Origin: an uncultured Flavobacteriales bacterium | Lineage (GTDB): Bacteria; Bacteroidota; Bacteroidia; Flavobacteriales; BACL11 | Reading direction: 5' to 3' | DNA length: 64,000 nt | Assembly (NCBI GenBank): GCA_905478555.1 | Contig: CAJQIZ010000014.1 | Coordinates: 741-64,740, forward strand | In this document: positions 19,701 through 29,522 of the stretch, piece after piece | Numbering within the stretch: the stretch's first letter is position 1 | How the letters are laid out: each line of letters begins with the position of its first letter | Notes under the pieces: generated by a model | Seen by the model: the letters and a program-made list of their open reading frames with translations, nothing else | What the model was told of the DNA's origin: nothing | The model's database searches: none | Made by a program: the position numbers and the translations under genes

Positions 19701-20128
19701 CTACTACTTCTACAACAACTACCCCATGTGAAATGCCAACCTTCAGAAGGAGGAGTTCCTGCTAATGTCATTGGATCAGATGTCCATATATATTCCTCTA
19801 CAGCACCTAAAGTACCTGCACTACAATCAAAACAATTATTACCAGAAAGTGCAGTTCCGTTAGGAGAAATATCTGTAATAGAAGTAAAGTTTAATAATAT
19901 TGGGGTTGATGTTCCTAGTGTAGGATAATTATGATGAGTTAGTGTTTGAGAAGTCTGAGAAAAGGTAATACCATTGCAATCTCTATATACTTTCATTTGA
20001 AAAATATATTTACCAATATCAGGACCTCCTTTAATACACTGCCAAGTAATTTCCCCTCCCATAAAATGAGATGAGTAACAGAATAAGGAACTGAAAATTA
20101 AAATTAATGATACAAAAAAATTTTTCAT
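16724..20128 (-). CDS. Large Cys-rich cell-surface protein with T9SS type B sorting domain (gliding-motility-associated C-terminal domain)
   Basis: Signal peptide, several Fn3/Ig-like modules (e.g. VVLTWKYVDG..YMVWHS, SVISWTSSSGADFYAVYKQ), and a C-terminus FVPNTFTPNDDEHNELFKP...SIYSSSGEEIF...GWDGIYKGKPAQVDNYVYHVKY matching the type B CTD pattern. About 30 Cys by my count. Confidence 0.85.
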   Translation of the reverse strand: MKNFFVSLILIFSSLFCYSSHFMGGEITWQCIKGGPDIGKYIFQMKVYRDCNGITFSQTSQTLTHHNYPTLGTSTPILLNFTSITDISPNGTALSGNNCFDCSAGTLGAVEEYIWTSDPMTLAGTPPSEGWHFTWGSCCRSSSINNGMADDSWTLRAVMYPYTDINGNAIPADPCFDSSPKFDEQAKTIICTGYEFSYSHNASDVELDEITYLWGEPLGDAFGYDPANPNATALIFSAPYSVNSPMPGSPTLDPVSGKITYLSNTSGIFVTCVKVEARKCGQLVAEIYREVQVVLVDCGTYNQPQDGFNDPPTITEAFIDPNGLPTYETTVYAGQLVQFNITSEDNDTYAGGQFQDITLDASGGQFASDYVTTTNCSNPPCATFNNGNGVIPPFSAPGIVSGVFEWQTDCSHMTADVGCNTTSNVFTFLIKAYDDFCPANGISIATIKITVVPPIPDLRCTEVLEDGSVVLTWKYVDGAPPTAEPYMVWHSTNPNGPFILLDSVFHPETIFTHTDAGANGQSQYYYLSTEEGCGITAGELNSDTLASIYMDVNPIDLGIRADLNWNAIHEPMLISSSLDYELFLKNPNTAFLNILTTQNVYHLHEAEFCDYYPEFYVEIVDASGCKSISNIGVTNLLDTITPVTPIITDVSVDLSGKSVISWTSSSGADFYAVYKQDEFGVWVTIDSVFGVNNTTYLDLNSDASNVSELFQIRALDSCGNASVTSVEHNSINLEAELHACDHTISMNWNDYINWSGGTDHYNIIINETTCGIDPRNSIRLNSSTTEFLLENIIHSCTYEIVIMAYNSDSTYIAVSDQISFLADLPKKPDFNYITTTSVDHEDGAVDISCYIDNTAIVLKYEIDRSEREAENFQTVGTVLFPNSGDMIYYHDEGVETKDHFYQYHVFPIDTCGRRVSSPIVPLWVIDTSLSQTILCEAEINTAYANLIYPEDYTNTVYFNNYIDWLGDVSHYNLYRSVNREPFVLIPIHTFYPGDSLIFIDLVSEFFDGNGRFCYYIEAVEGGSNDFGFSERSLSNIVCVSQTPKLFVPNTFTPNDDEHNELFKPITAFVSDVGYSFSIYSSSGEEIFTTNQPSKGWDGIYKGKPAQVDNYVYHVKYINGVGEITEKTDVVSLVR

Positions 20129-20188
20129 AAATTATTTATTTAAAAAATACAAGAACTTAGAAAAAAATTCATTATTTCTTTATATTTA

Positions 20189-21640
20189 TTATTTTTCAAT
20201 CTGAATTTTTTGAGAATATCTGTTATCAAAAGATATTATTTCTAATAAATATAATCCATTATCTAAACTAGAAACATCAATAGATTCTAAATATTTTGAA
20301 TATAAAACTTCTTTACCTAGTAAGTCAATAATTCTTAAATAATCATATTCTCCTGCAACGTACAATTTATCTTTAGCAGGAGAAGGGTATACAGAAATAG
20401 AACTAATCTCTTGATCAGCAATACCAACAGTCCAATTCTCATTACCTGTAGTAAAATTATCAAACTCTTCCACACCAGAAACAGTACCTTGTAGTATAAT
20501 TTGGCCAGTTCCATCAGTAATAGTATAACTCTCACCACCTGCATTAATACTTTGTAATGTATAGCATTCATTAAATTCTAATGGCAAACTATTAACAACT
20601 CCAGTAACACCACCCCATCCTGAAGCTAAAATTAAATTATTACTTACTTTTTTAAGATACCAAGAATTTACATTAGTTGCTCCAGAAATAGTAATAGACA
20701 AATCACCATCCCAATATGCATTATCAAAACCAAGATCTACAATGAAAGAAATTACCTGATTATTTGATGGATCAGTATCAATTACTCCGTTTGGAAGACT
20801 AACATCAATAGCAATTAGATCACCATTTATCAAAGATGTTATTGGATCTAGCTGGATACTCTGAATATCTAAAGTATTTAAACTCAATGGCACATATGCG
20901 TTCGCTGAATTACTCCAGATTTCATTGATTATAGATGAATACTGAAAAACACCATTAACAGATACATCAATTTTAACTTCTGTAAGAATATTAAGACCAT
21001 AATTTTGTATAGTTATTTCAGGAGTTACAGACGAACAACCTGAACTTGCTGAATTATCCATAAAACTTCTAGCGTCATCATTTTGAGAAGGGGGTGCAAG
21101 ACATGATGTTACTAATGAATAAGGAGAAGCACTCGTACCACATTCTGTTAATGTTCTATCGGGACAAACTTGATAAACCGTAGGCCAATAACTAATTTGA
21201 TAATCATTAACTACTGATGTAGTATTGACAGTTCCATCAGTACAGATTATTGGAAACTGAGTACCTGATATCCAATCTCCCTGAGTTCCACATCCTGACC
21301 CTCCAATACACGTTTCTGAACTTCCATCACCTTCAATAAAAATCACCATAACATCATTAGTAGTTGTAGCACTAACGTTAGGATATCCACTTGGACCATG
21401 ATTCATATATAAATCTTCTAAAGCTCCAGTTTGATGATAGCTCCAACATGGAGGACACCATACTGCGGAGAAGTCAATAAAAACTGTCTTTCCTGCATCA
21501 GTATAATCATAAAGTCTGTGAGACATACCGTTAATGTCAGTCAGAACGAAATCAGGTGCTATAGATCCGTTAGGAAGCTGTGCAAATAAGCTTTGAAATG
21601 AAAATAGTGAAATTAATGTAATTAGTAAATTTTTGTTCAT
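20189..21640 (-). CDS. Thioredoxin-fold (TlpA/AhpC-TSA-like) protein with T9SS type A (Por_Secre_tail) sorting domain
   Basis: Signal peptide, then APDFVLTDINGMSHRLYDY..GKTVFIDFSAVWCPPCW (WCPPCW = 21443-21460). C-terminus SVYPSPAKDKLYV...LDNGLYLLEIISFDNRYSQKIQIEK is type A CTD-like. Confidence 0.8.
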   Translation of the reverse strand: MNKNLLITLISLFSFQSLFAQLPNGSIAPDFVLTDINGMSHRLYDYTDAGKTVFIDFSAVWCPPCWSYHQTGALEDLYMNHGPSGYPNVSATTTNDVMVIFIEGDGSSETCIGGSGCGTQGDWISGTQFPIICTDGTVNTTSVVNDYQISYWPTVYQVCPDRTLTECGTSASPYSLVTSCLAPPSQNDDARSFMDNSASSGCSSVTPEITIQNYGLNILTEVKIDVSVNGVFQYSSIINEIWSNSANAYVPLSLNTLDIQSIQLDPITSLINGDLIAIDVSLPNGVIDTDPSNNQVISFIVDLGFDNAYWDGDLSITISGATNVNSWYLKKVSNNLILASGWGGVTGVVNSLPLEFNECYTLQSINAGGESYTITDGTGQIILQGTVSGVEEFDNFTTGNENWTVGIADQEISSISVYPSPAKDKLYVAGEYDYLRIIDLLGKEVLYSKYLESIDVSSLDNGLYLLEIISFDNRYSQKIQIEK

Positions 21641-21667
21641 AATTTTAGATTTTAATTATTTAAAGCA

Positions 21668-21675
21668 CAAATATA
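21668..21675 (-). promoter_or_regulatory. -7 box TATATTTG (minus strand) for the T9SS thioredoxin-fold gene
   Basis: caaatata on the plus strand, 27 nt upstream of ATG 21640. Confidence 0.4.
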
Positions 21676-21744
21676 GTAAATTAATATAATTATATAGAAA
21701 TTAAATATATAAAACATATAAAATCTTATGCGTTCAAATAAAAG

Positions 21745-22689
21745 TTATAATTTTATTTCACTAATTCTTTGTTTCTCTGCATTAAATTCAATCATAATCT
21801 CATCAATTATTTGGGAAACAGATAATATTTCATTTATGGAAGCAGACACCTGACCTACTTCCAATTCCCCTTCTTCAACTTCACCTAAAAACATACCTTT
21901 TTTAGCTCTCCCTCTACCTAATAATATTTTTAAATCTTCAATAGAGTCTCCCCTATTCTCCGCTTCTACTACCTGATTATAAAAAGAATTTTTTAAAAGC
22001 CTTACAGCAGTTAAATCCTTTAGAGAAAGCATAGTATCCCCTTCTTTTGCAGTTAAAACTTTATTTTTAAAATTAATATGAGCAGAACATTCTTTACTTG
22101 CTATAAATCTACTCCCAATCTGAACCCCATCCGCCCCTAGACTTAAAGCGGCTAACATAGCACGTCCGCTACCAATACCTCCAGCTGCAATTAGTGGAAT
22201 ACTTATATTATTTACAACATTAGGAACTAAACACATAGTTGTAATCTCCTCTCTACCGTTATGACCCCCAGCTTCAAAACCTTCTGAGACAACAGCATCC
22301 ACCCCAGCTTCCTCTGATTTTTTAGCAAACAATAAATTAGAGGTGACATGAACAACTTTCACACCATGTTTTTTTAAAAGAGGAGTGAATTTTCTAGGAT
22401 TACCAGCTGATGTAAAAACAATTTTTACTCCTTCTTCAATAATGATTTGAATATGATGATCTATATCAGCATACAACAAAGGTAAATTTACTCCAAAAGG
22501 GTTATTGGTAGCCTTTTTACATTTAACAATATGATCCCTTAGAATATCAGGATACATAGAACCAGCGCCTATCAAGCCTAAACCACCAGCGTTACTTACT
22601 GCTGACGCTAGTTCCCATCCACTACACCAAATCATACCCCCTTGAATAATTGGATATTTAATTCCAAAAAGTTGTGTTATTTTATTCAT
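21745..22689 (-). CDS. NAD(P)H-dependent flavin oxidoreductase, nitronate monooxygenase / FabK-like family
   Basis: YPIIQGGMIW, TSAGNP, EAGGH, IAAGGIGSGR and GADGVQIGSRF motifs of the NMO/2-nitropropane dioxygenase TIM-barrel family. Confidence 0.75.
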   Translation of the reverse strand: MNKITQLFGIKYPIIQGGMIWCSGWELASAVSNAGGLGLIGAGSMYPDILRDHIVKCKKATNNPFGVNLPLLYADIDHHIQIIIEEGVKIVFTSAGNPRKFTPLLKKHGVKVVHVTSNLLFAKKSEEAGVDAVVSEGFEAGGHNGREEITTMCLVPNVVNNISIPLIAAGGIGSGRAMLAALSLGADGVQIGSRFIASKECSAHINFKNKVLTAKEGDTMLSLKDLTAVRLLKNSFYNQVVEAENRGDSIEDLKILLGRGRAKKGMFLGEVEEGELEVGQVSASINEILSVSQIIDEIMIEFNAEKQRISEIKL

Positions 22690-22697
22690 TTTAATTC

Positions 22698-22705
22698 TAT
22701 ATTTG
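22698..22705 (+). promoter_or_regulatory. -7 box TATATTTG for glyA
   Basis: Exact TAnnTTTG 36 nt upstream of ATG 22742. Confidence 0.4.
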
Positions 22706-22741
22706 TGCTTAAATTTACAAAAGCCAAATTAATACATAATT

Positions 22742-24016
22742 ATGAGAAAAGACCAAGATATTTTCAATTTGATTGAAAAAGAAGATCACAGACAAAGAAA
22801 CGGAATAGAATTAATTGCATCAGAAAACTTTGTAAGTGATGAAGTAATGTTAGCAATGGGAAGCTGTTTGACAAATAAATATGCTGAAGGATACCCAAGA
22901 AAGAGATATTATGGAGGATGTGAAATTGTAGATCAAGTAGAACAACTTGCTATTGATAGAGCAAAAGAACTTTTTGGAGTAGAGTATGTTAATGTACAAC
23001 CACATTCAGGATCACAAGCAAATTCATCAGTAATGTTAGCTTGTTTAAATGCTGGTGATAAAATTTTAGGATTCAACCTTTCTCACGGAGGTCACTTAAC
23101 TCACGGATCTCCAGTTAATTTTTCAGGGAAATTATACAAAACCTCTTTTTATAATGTAGAAGAAGATACTGGAAAAGTAGATTATGATAAAATTGAAGAA
23201 ACAGCTATTGCAGAACAACCAAAGATAATTATTTGTGGAGCATCTGCTTATTCTCAAGATTGGAACTATAAAAAATTTAGAGAAATAGCAGATAAGGTTG
23301 GAGCCATATTAATGGCGGATATATCTCATCCCGCAGGATTAATTGCTGCAAAGCTATTAAATGACCCAGCACCACATTGTCATATATTAACTACAACTAC
23401 TCATAAAACTCTTAGAGGGCCTAGAGGTGGAATGATAATGATGGGTAAAGATTTTAAAAATCCTTGGGGACTAAAAACTCCAAAAGGAAAAACAAGAATG
23501 ATGTCTGCTATTTTAAATTCTGGTGTTTTTCCTGGGAGTCAAGGTGGACCATTAGAACATGTAATTGCAGCTAAAGCAATTGCTTTTAGAGAAGCACTAA
23601 ATCCTTCATTTAGAGAATACGGAAAGCAAGTTATATCTAACTCTAAAAAAATGGCAGAATGCTTTGTAGAAAAAGGATATAAAGTGATTTCTGGAGGGAC
23701 AGAAAATCACTGTATGCTTTTAGATTTAAGAAACAAAAACATTACAGGAAAACAGGCTGAAAATGCTTTAGTACTAGCCGATATAACTGTAAACAAAAAC
23801 ATGGTTCCTTTCGATACTCAATCTCCCTTTATTACTTCCGGAATGAGAGTAGGAACTCCGGCAATTACCACAAGAGGAATTAAGGAAGATACCATCCCTT
23901 ATATTGTAGATTTAATTGATGAAGTCATTATGAACTTTGAAGATGAGAAGATCCTTAAATCTGTAAAAGAAAAAGTAAATAAACTTATGTTTAAGTTACC
24001 AATATACATCAACTAA
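22742..24016 (+). CDS. glyA: Serine hydroxymethyltransferase
   Basis: [35 protein letters not shown] (PLP lysine). Confidence 0.95.
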   Translation: MRKDQDIFNLIEKEDHRQRNGIELIASENFVSDEVMLAMGSCLTNKYAEGYPRKRYYGGCEIVDQVEQLAIDRAKELFGVEYVNVQPHSGSQANSSVMLACLNAGDKILGFNLSHGGHLTHGSPVNFSGKLYKTSFYNVEEDTGKVDYDKIEETAIAEQPKIIICGASAYSQDWNYKKFREIADKVGAILMADISHPAGLIAAKLLNDPAPHCHILTTTTHKTLRGPRGGMIMMGKDFKNPWGLKTPKGKTRMMSAILNSGVFPGSQGGPLEHVIAAKAIAFREALNPSFREYGKQVISNSKKMAECFVEKGYKVISGGTENHCMLLDLRNKNITGKQAENALVLADITVNKNMVPFDTQSPFITSGMRVGTPAITTRGIKEDTIPYIVDLIDEVIMNFEDEKILKSVKEKVNKLMFKLPIYIN

Positions 24017-24030
24017 ACTCTTTATTTTAA

Positions 24031-26229
24031 GTGAATATTGATTTAGAAATAGAAAAGAGAGAGATTTTAAATAAATATAAATCTCTACTTAGAGTTTGTT
24101 CTGATAAAACAGATAAAGAAGATAAAAAAATTATCAGAAAAGCTTTTAATCTTGCAGTAGATGCGCATAAAGATATGCGTAGAAAATCAGGAGAACCTTA
24201 CATCTATCACCCAATTGCAGTAGCACATATTGCTGCAAAAGAAATAGGATTAGGGACTACTTCAATAGTTTGTGCTCTTTTACATGATGTAGTAGAAGAT
24301 ACGGACTATGAGATAGAAGACATGGAACGCATTTTTGGAAAAAAAGTAGCAAGAATTATTGAAGGATTAACTAAAATATCTGATGTTTTTGATCAAGATA
24401 TATCTTTACAAGCAGAGAATTTCAGAAAAATGCTTCTTACACTATCAGATGATGTAAGAGTAATACTAATTAAACTTGCTGACCGACTTCACAATATGAG
24501 AACTTTGGGATCTATGCCTATTCATAAAAAAGAAAAAATAGCATCTGAAACATTGTTTTTATATGCACCTTTAGCACATAGATTAGGACTTTACAGTTTG
24601 AAAACCGAATTAGAAGATTTAGGATTGAAACACACAAAACCTGAAGAATATAACAATATTTCTAATTGGTTGAATAAAACGAAAGAAGAAAGAAAAAAAT
24701 ATATTAGGAGATTTATTAGACCTATAAAAACCGTTTTAAAAGAAAAAGAATTTAATTTCGAGATAAAAGGAAGACCTAAATCTATATATTCTATAAGAAA
24801 AAAAATGAATGATCAGAATGTGAATTTTGAACAAGTGTATGATAAATCTGCTGTTAGAATAATAATAGACACCCCTAAAGAAAGAGAAAAATCAGATTGT
24901 TGGAGAGTTTATTCCTTTGTTACAGATTTCTACAGACCAAATCCGGACAGGTTAAGAGATTGGATATCAACCTCAAAATCTAATGGTTACGAATCTTTAC
25001 ATACTACCGTAATGGGTCCTGAAGGAAAATGGGTAGAAATACAGATTAGAAGTAGGAGAATGGATGAGATTGCAGAAAAGGGATATGCGGCTCATTGGAA
25101 ATATAAAGATCAAAAATCTAAAGACTCTTCACTAGATGTTTGGATTACAAAAATTAGAGAATTATTAGAAAACCCAGAAAGTAATGCTATTGATTTTATT
25201 GATGATTTTAAACTTAATCTATTTTCTAAAGAAATTTTTATTTTCACACCAAATGGGGATTTAAAAACCTTACCAAAAAACGCAACTGCACTCGATTTTG
25301 CTTTCGAAATACACTCAGCAGTTGGCACAAATTGCTTAGGAGCAAAAGTAAACGCAAAATTAGTTCCCTTAAGTCATATTCTAAACAGTGGTGATCAGGT
25401 AGAAATCATCACCTCTACCAAACAAAAACCTAAAAAAGATTGGCTCCGATTTGTAGTTACTGCAAGAGCCAAAACAAAAATAAAATCATCTTTAAAAGAA
25501 GCAAAGAAAGAAATTGCTAAAACAGGAAAGGAAATTGCAGAGAGAAAGTTAAGACACCTAAAAGTAAAACTAAATAGACAAACAGAAACGGAGTTAATAA
25601 AGTTTTTTCAAACTCAAACATCATTAGATTTATATTATAATTTCGGAGTAGGATCCATTATCAACACACAGATTAAAGAATTTGTAAAAGCAAAAAATGC
25701 TGGTTGGTACGAAATTATAAAACGAAAAATATATGGAGAAAGTAAAGCCTATACTAAAGAGAATAAGAATAATCAGATCATTGTATTTACAGATGATCAG
25801 GAAGTATTAAAATACAAATTCGCTAATTGTTGCAATCCTATTCCTGGAGACGATATTTTTGGTTTTACTACTGTGGAGGAAGGTATTAAAGTTCACAAGA
25901 GTGATTGTCCTAATTCCATTCAATTAAGATCAAAATATGCCTACAGAATACTAAAATCAAATTGGATAGACAAAGAACATATCGATTTTATATCTACCAT
26001 TAATGTGAAAGGAATAGATAGATTAGGACTTATTAATAGTGTGACCAAAATTATTTCTTCTCAGATGAATGTGAACATGAGATCCATACATATCAACAGT
26101 AAAGATGGTATCTTTGAAGGAGAAATAACCCTATTTGTAAAAAATGTAGATGTACTAAACCATTTGATAGAAAAACTTAGAAATGTAGATGGGGTTACTC
26201 AAATAAAAAGAACTTATAAACAGATTTAA
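24031..26229 (+). CDS. Bifunctional (p)ppGpp synthetase/hydrolase, RelA/SpoT family
   Basis: HD hydrolase domain (HPIAVA..LLHDVVEDT), synthetase domain (RPKSIYSIRKKM, YESLHTTV), TGS and C-terminal ACT-like domains. GTG start. Confidence 0.9.
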   Translation: MNIDLEIEKREILNKYKSLLRVCSDKTDKEDKKIIRKAFNLAVDAHKDMRRKSGEPYIYHPIAVAHIAAKEIGLGTTSIVCALLHDVVEDTDYEIEDMERIFGKKVARIIEGLTKISDVFDQDISLQAENFRKMLLTLSDDVRVILIKLADRLHNMRTLGSMPIHKKEKIASETLFLYAPLAHRLGLYSLKTELEDLGLKHTKPEEYNNISNWLNKTKEERKKYIRRFIRPIKTVLKEKEFNFEIKGRPKSIYSIRKKMNDQNVNFEQVYDKSAVRIIIDTPKEREKSDCWRVYSFVTDFYRPNPDRLRDWISTSKSNGYESLHTTVMGPEGKWVEIQIRSRRMDEIAEKGYAAHWKYKDQKSKDSSLDVWITKIRELLENPESNAIDFIDDFKLNLFSKEIFIFTPNGDLKTLPKNATALDFAFEIHSAVGTNCLGAKVNAKLVPLSHILNSGDQVEIITSTKQKPKKDWLRFVVTARAKTKIKSSLKEAKKEIAKTGKEIAERKLRHLKVKLNRQTETELIKFFQTQTSLDLYYNFGVGSIINTQIKEFVKAKNAGWYEIIKRKIYGESKAYTKENKNNQIIVFTDDQEVLKYKFANCCNPIPGDDIFGFTTVEEGIKVHKSDCPNSIQLRSKYAYRILKSNWIDKEHIDFISTINVKGIDRLGLINSVTKIISSQMNVNMRSIHINSKDGIFEGEITLFVKNVDVLNHLIEKLRNVDGVTQIKRTYKQI

Positions 26230-26305
26230 AATTAATCTATTATAAAATATAAATTATAGTTTACACTAAGTATTTTTTATATTTTTACAACCTTATAAAT
26301 AGAGG

Positions 26306-26755
26306 ATGTCAAAAAAGGATACACATAAAGAAGTAACGGAAATTTTCACTAATTATTTGATTAAAAATAATCAGAGAAAAACTCCAGAGCGTTACGCTAT
26401 ACTTACTGAAATATATGAAAATGATGGTCATTTTGATGTGGAGAGCATGTATATAAACATGAAAAACAAAAACTATAGAGTTAGTAGAGCAACTTTATAT
26501 AATACAATAGAACTTTTATTAGAGTGTAAACTAATACGAAAACATCAATTCGGTAAGGCTCAGGCACAATTTGAAAAAAGTTTTTTAAGTAGACAACACG
26601 ATCATATAATTTGCACTACCTGCGATAAAGTAATCGAATTTTGTGATCCAAGAATTTTAAATATAAAAAATAGCATCATAGAAAGTATGAATTTTCAAAT
26701 TGAAAGACATGCATTAAACTTTTATGGTACATGTAATAATTGTCAAAACAAATAA
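26306..26755 (+). CDS. Fur family transcriptional regulator
   Basis: Winged-helix N-terminus, HDH motif, CTTC..C and CNNC metal-site cysteines. Conserved position upstream of purA. Confidence 0.8.
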   Translation: MSKKDTHKEVTEIFTNYLIKNNQRKTPERYAILTEIYENDGHFDVESMYINMKNKNYRVSRATLYNTIELLLECKLIRKHQFGKAQAQFEKSFLSRQHDHIICTTCDKVIEFCDPRILNIKNSIIESMNFQIERHALNFYGTCNNCQNK

Positions 26756-26760
26756 AAAAT

Positions 26761-28020
26761 ATGAAGGCAGATGTTCTTTTAGGTTTACAATGGGGAGATG
26801 AAGGAAAGGGTAAAATTGTAGATGTTCTTACCTCAAATTATGATATAATTGCTCGTTTTCAAGGAGGACCAAATGCTGGTCATACCCTAGAGTTTGATGG
26901 AATAAAACATGTTTTACATACTATTCCATCTGGTATTTTTCATAAAGGAGTATTAAATGTAATCGGAAATGGTGTGGTAATAGATCCAGTTATATTTGAA
27001 AGAGAGATAAATGAAATTGATGAACTAGATATAGAAATGTCTAAGTTGTTAATTTCAAAAAAAGCACATCTAATTCTTCCAACACATAAACTTTTAGATG
27101 CTGCATCCGAAAAATCGAAAGGAAAAGAGAAAATCGGTTCTACTTTAAAAGGAATTGGTCCAACTTACATGGATAAAACCGGAAGAAATGGATTAAGAGT
27201 TGGAGATATTTCTGATCCTAATTTTAATGAGAAATATGAAAAATTAAAACAAAAACACATTCAAATTTTAAACTTCTATGATTTTGATTATAAGCTAGAA
27301 GAATTAGAAAAAGCATGGTTTAATAGTTTAGAGTGTTTAAAAAGATTTCCTCATATTGAATCAGAACATTTTATACACAAAGCAATAAAAGACAAGAAAA
27401 AGATCTTAGCAGAGGGAGCACAAGGAACTCTTTTAGATATTGATTTTGGATCTTACCCATTTGTAACTTCTTCTAATACTATCACAGCAGGAGCTTGTAC
27501 TGGCTTAGGTATTGCTCCAAATAAAATTGGAGAAGTAATTGGTATTTTTAAAGCATATTGCACCAGAGTTGGTAGTGGTCCTTTTCCATCTGAATTATTT
27601 GATGAAGTAGGAGAAAAATTAGCAAGAACTGGAAATGAATTTGGATCAACTACTGGAAGAGCTAGAAGATGTGGATGGATCGATTTACCAGCACTAAAAT
27701 ACGCTATAAACATAAACGGAGTTACACAACTTAATATGATGAAAGCAGATGTACTTTCAGGGTTAAAATCTATTAAAGTTTGTACTCACTACATGTTAGA
27801 TGGAGAGAAAATTGATTACCTTCCGTTTGAAGATAACGAAAATCTTACTCCTGTTTACACAGAGTTAAAAGGATGGGAGAAAGACATCATGCAGATTTCA
27901 AGTTTAGAAGAAGCTCCACAAGAAGTGCACGACTATATTTCCTACCTTGAAAAAGAATTAGAAATTCCTATTACTTTAGTTTCAGTAGGTCCAGATAGAA
28001 CACAAACATTTTTCAGGTAA
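26761..28020 (+). CDS. purA: Adenylosuccinate synthase
   Basis: LGLQWGDEGKGK P-loop, GPNAGHT, GTTGRGIGP-like (GSTLKGIGPTY). Start set at ATG 26761 (Met8 of the track ORF), just after the fur stop. Confidence 0.95.
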   Translation: MKADVLLGLQWGDEGKGKIVDVLTSNYDIIARFQGGPNAGHTLEFDGIKHVLHTIPSGIFHKGVLNVIGNGVVIDPVIFEREINEIDELDIEMSKLLISKKAHLILPTHKLLDAASEKSKGKEKIGSTLKGIGPTYMDKTGRNGLRVGDISDPNFNEKYEKLKQKHIQILNFYDFDYKLEELEKAWFNSLECLKRFPHIESEHFIHKAIKDKKKILAEGAQGTLLDIDFGSYPFVTSSNTITAGACTGLGIAPNKIGEVIGIFKAYCTRVGSGPFPSELFDEVGEKLARTGNEFGSTTGRARRCGWIDLPALKYAININGVTQLNMMKADVLSGLKSIKVCTHYMLDGEKIDYLPFEDNENLTPVYTELKGWEKDIMQISSLEEAPQEVHDYISYLEKELEIPITLVSVGPDRTQTFFR

Positions 28021-28021
28021 A

Positions 28022-29515
28022 TTGAAATACATAACTTACATATTAGTACTCTTTTTTAGTATTAATAGTTATGCTCAATCTACCCAAAAAATAGAATTAA
28101 TAAATTCTGATATAATAGTAAACGGACCAAAAAAATCTAATTATTGGATTTGTATTGGTAATGTAAAATTCTCTCATAATAACACTATTATGAAATGCGA
28201 TTCTTCTCACCATTATATGAAAGAGAATAAAATGATTGCATTTGGAAACATAAAAATAAATAAAGGAGATTCGTTATTTATTAGCGGTAAGAAACTTATT
28301 TATGATGGAAATAATAGTATCGCTCATTTAAGTGGTGGTGTTTTTCTAAAAGATAAGCACACAAAACTTAATACGGAGGAGATTACATTTAACTTAGAAG
28401 ACAATATTGCTTATTACCCTAAAAAAGGAAAAATAACAGATAAAAACATTACATTAACTTCCGATAAAGGACGATATAATACTAATACACATCTATTTTA
28501 CTTTAAAAAAAATATTGTAGTAAAATCTGATAATTATACGGTTGAAACGGATACATTAAATTATAACTCCGAAAGTAAAACTACCTACTTTATTGGTCCT
28601 TCATTTATTGTTTCAGAAAACAACACTATATATTGTGAAAACGGATGGTACAATACATTTAGTAATCTATCCCAATTTAACGAAAACGCATACATAAGTA
28701 ATGGAGAACAACTTATAAAAGGAGATAGTTTATTTTATAACAGAAATATTGGATATGGAAAAGCTTTAGGAAACATTACTATGATTGATTCCAATAATAA
28801 TATTATAGTGAATGGAAATCTGGCAGAATATTTTGAAAAAGAAGAAAAAATAGAAGTAACTAAAAAAGCCCTCCTAAATATAATTTTTGAAGAAGACACC
28901 TTATTCATAACTGCAAATAAATTTATTAATTTTTCAGGCAATCAAGAATACATTTTAGCTTACAATAATGTAAAAATTTTTAAAAAGGACTTTCAAGGTA
29001 AATGTGATTCGTTATATTATAGTATTTCTGATTCTCTTGTAGAGCTATTTAAAGCCCCAATTTTATGGGTAGATAAAATGCAAATCACATCTGACAGTAT
29101 TAATATACTAATGAAAAATCAGAAAATTGATAGAATGAATTTCTATCCGAACCCATTAATTGTATCGGAAGTTGATAGTATTAGCTTCAACCAAATAAAA
29201 GGGAAGTTTATGAATGCTGTATTTCATAAAAATAAACTGAAAAAACTAAATATTGTAGGAAACGGACAGTCCTTATTCTTAATTGAAGATGATAATAAAC
29301 AGAAAATAGGATGGAATAAAGCTATCTGTACAGATATTTCTATAAGCATGAAAGAAGGAAATCTCTCCACTATAACTTACAAGACCTCCCCTAAATCTGT
29401 TACTACTCCATTTAATAAAATAAAAGAAGAGGATAAATTTTTAGAGAATTTTATCTGGAGAATTTTAGAAAAACCCAAAAGTAAAGAAGATATTCTAGAA
29501 ATTAACAATAATTGA
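28022..29515 (+). CDS. OstA-like (LptD N-terminal domain-like) periplasmic protein
   Basis: Signal peptide MKYITYILVLFFSINSYAQ (TTG start, no in-frame ATG alternative nearby). Repetitive beta-jellyroll-like segments (GNVKF..., GDSLFY...). Assignment by general resemblance only. Confidence 0.5.
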   Translation: MKYITYILVLFFSINSYAQSTQKIELINSDIIVNGPKKSNYWICIGNVKFSHNNTIMKCDSSHHYMKENKMIAFGNIKINKGDSLFISGKKLIYDGNNSIAHLSGGVFLKDKHTKLNTEEITFNLEDNIAYYPKKGKITDKNITLTSDKGRYNTNTHLFYFKKNIVVKSDNYTVETDTLNYNSESKTTYFIGPSFIVSENNTIYCENGWYNTFSNLSQFNENAYISNGEQLIKGDSLFYNRNIGYGKALGNITMIDSNNNIIVNGNLAEYFEKEEKIEVTKKALLNIIFEEDTLFITANKFINFSGNQEYILAYNNVKIFKKDFQGKCDSLYYSISDSLVELFKAPILWVDKMQITSDSINILMKNQKIDRMNFYPNPLIVSEVDSISFNQIKGKFMNAVFHKNKLKKLNIVGNGQSLFLIEDDNKQKIGWNKAICTDISISMKEGNLSTITYKTSPKSVTTPFNKIKEEDKFLENFIWRILEKPKSKEDILEINNN

Positions 29516-29522
29516 AAATGAA

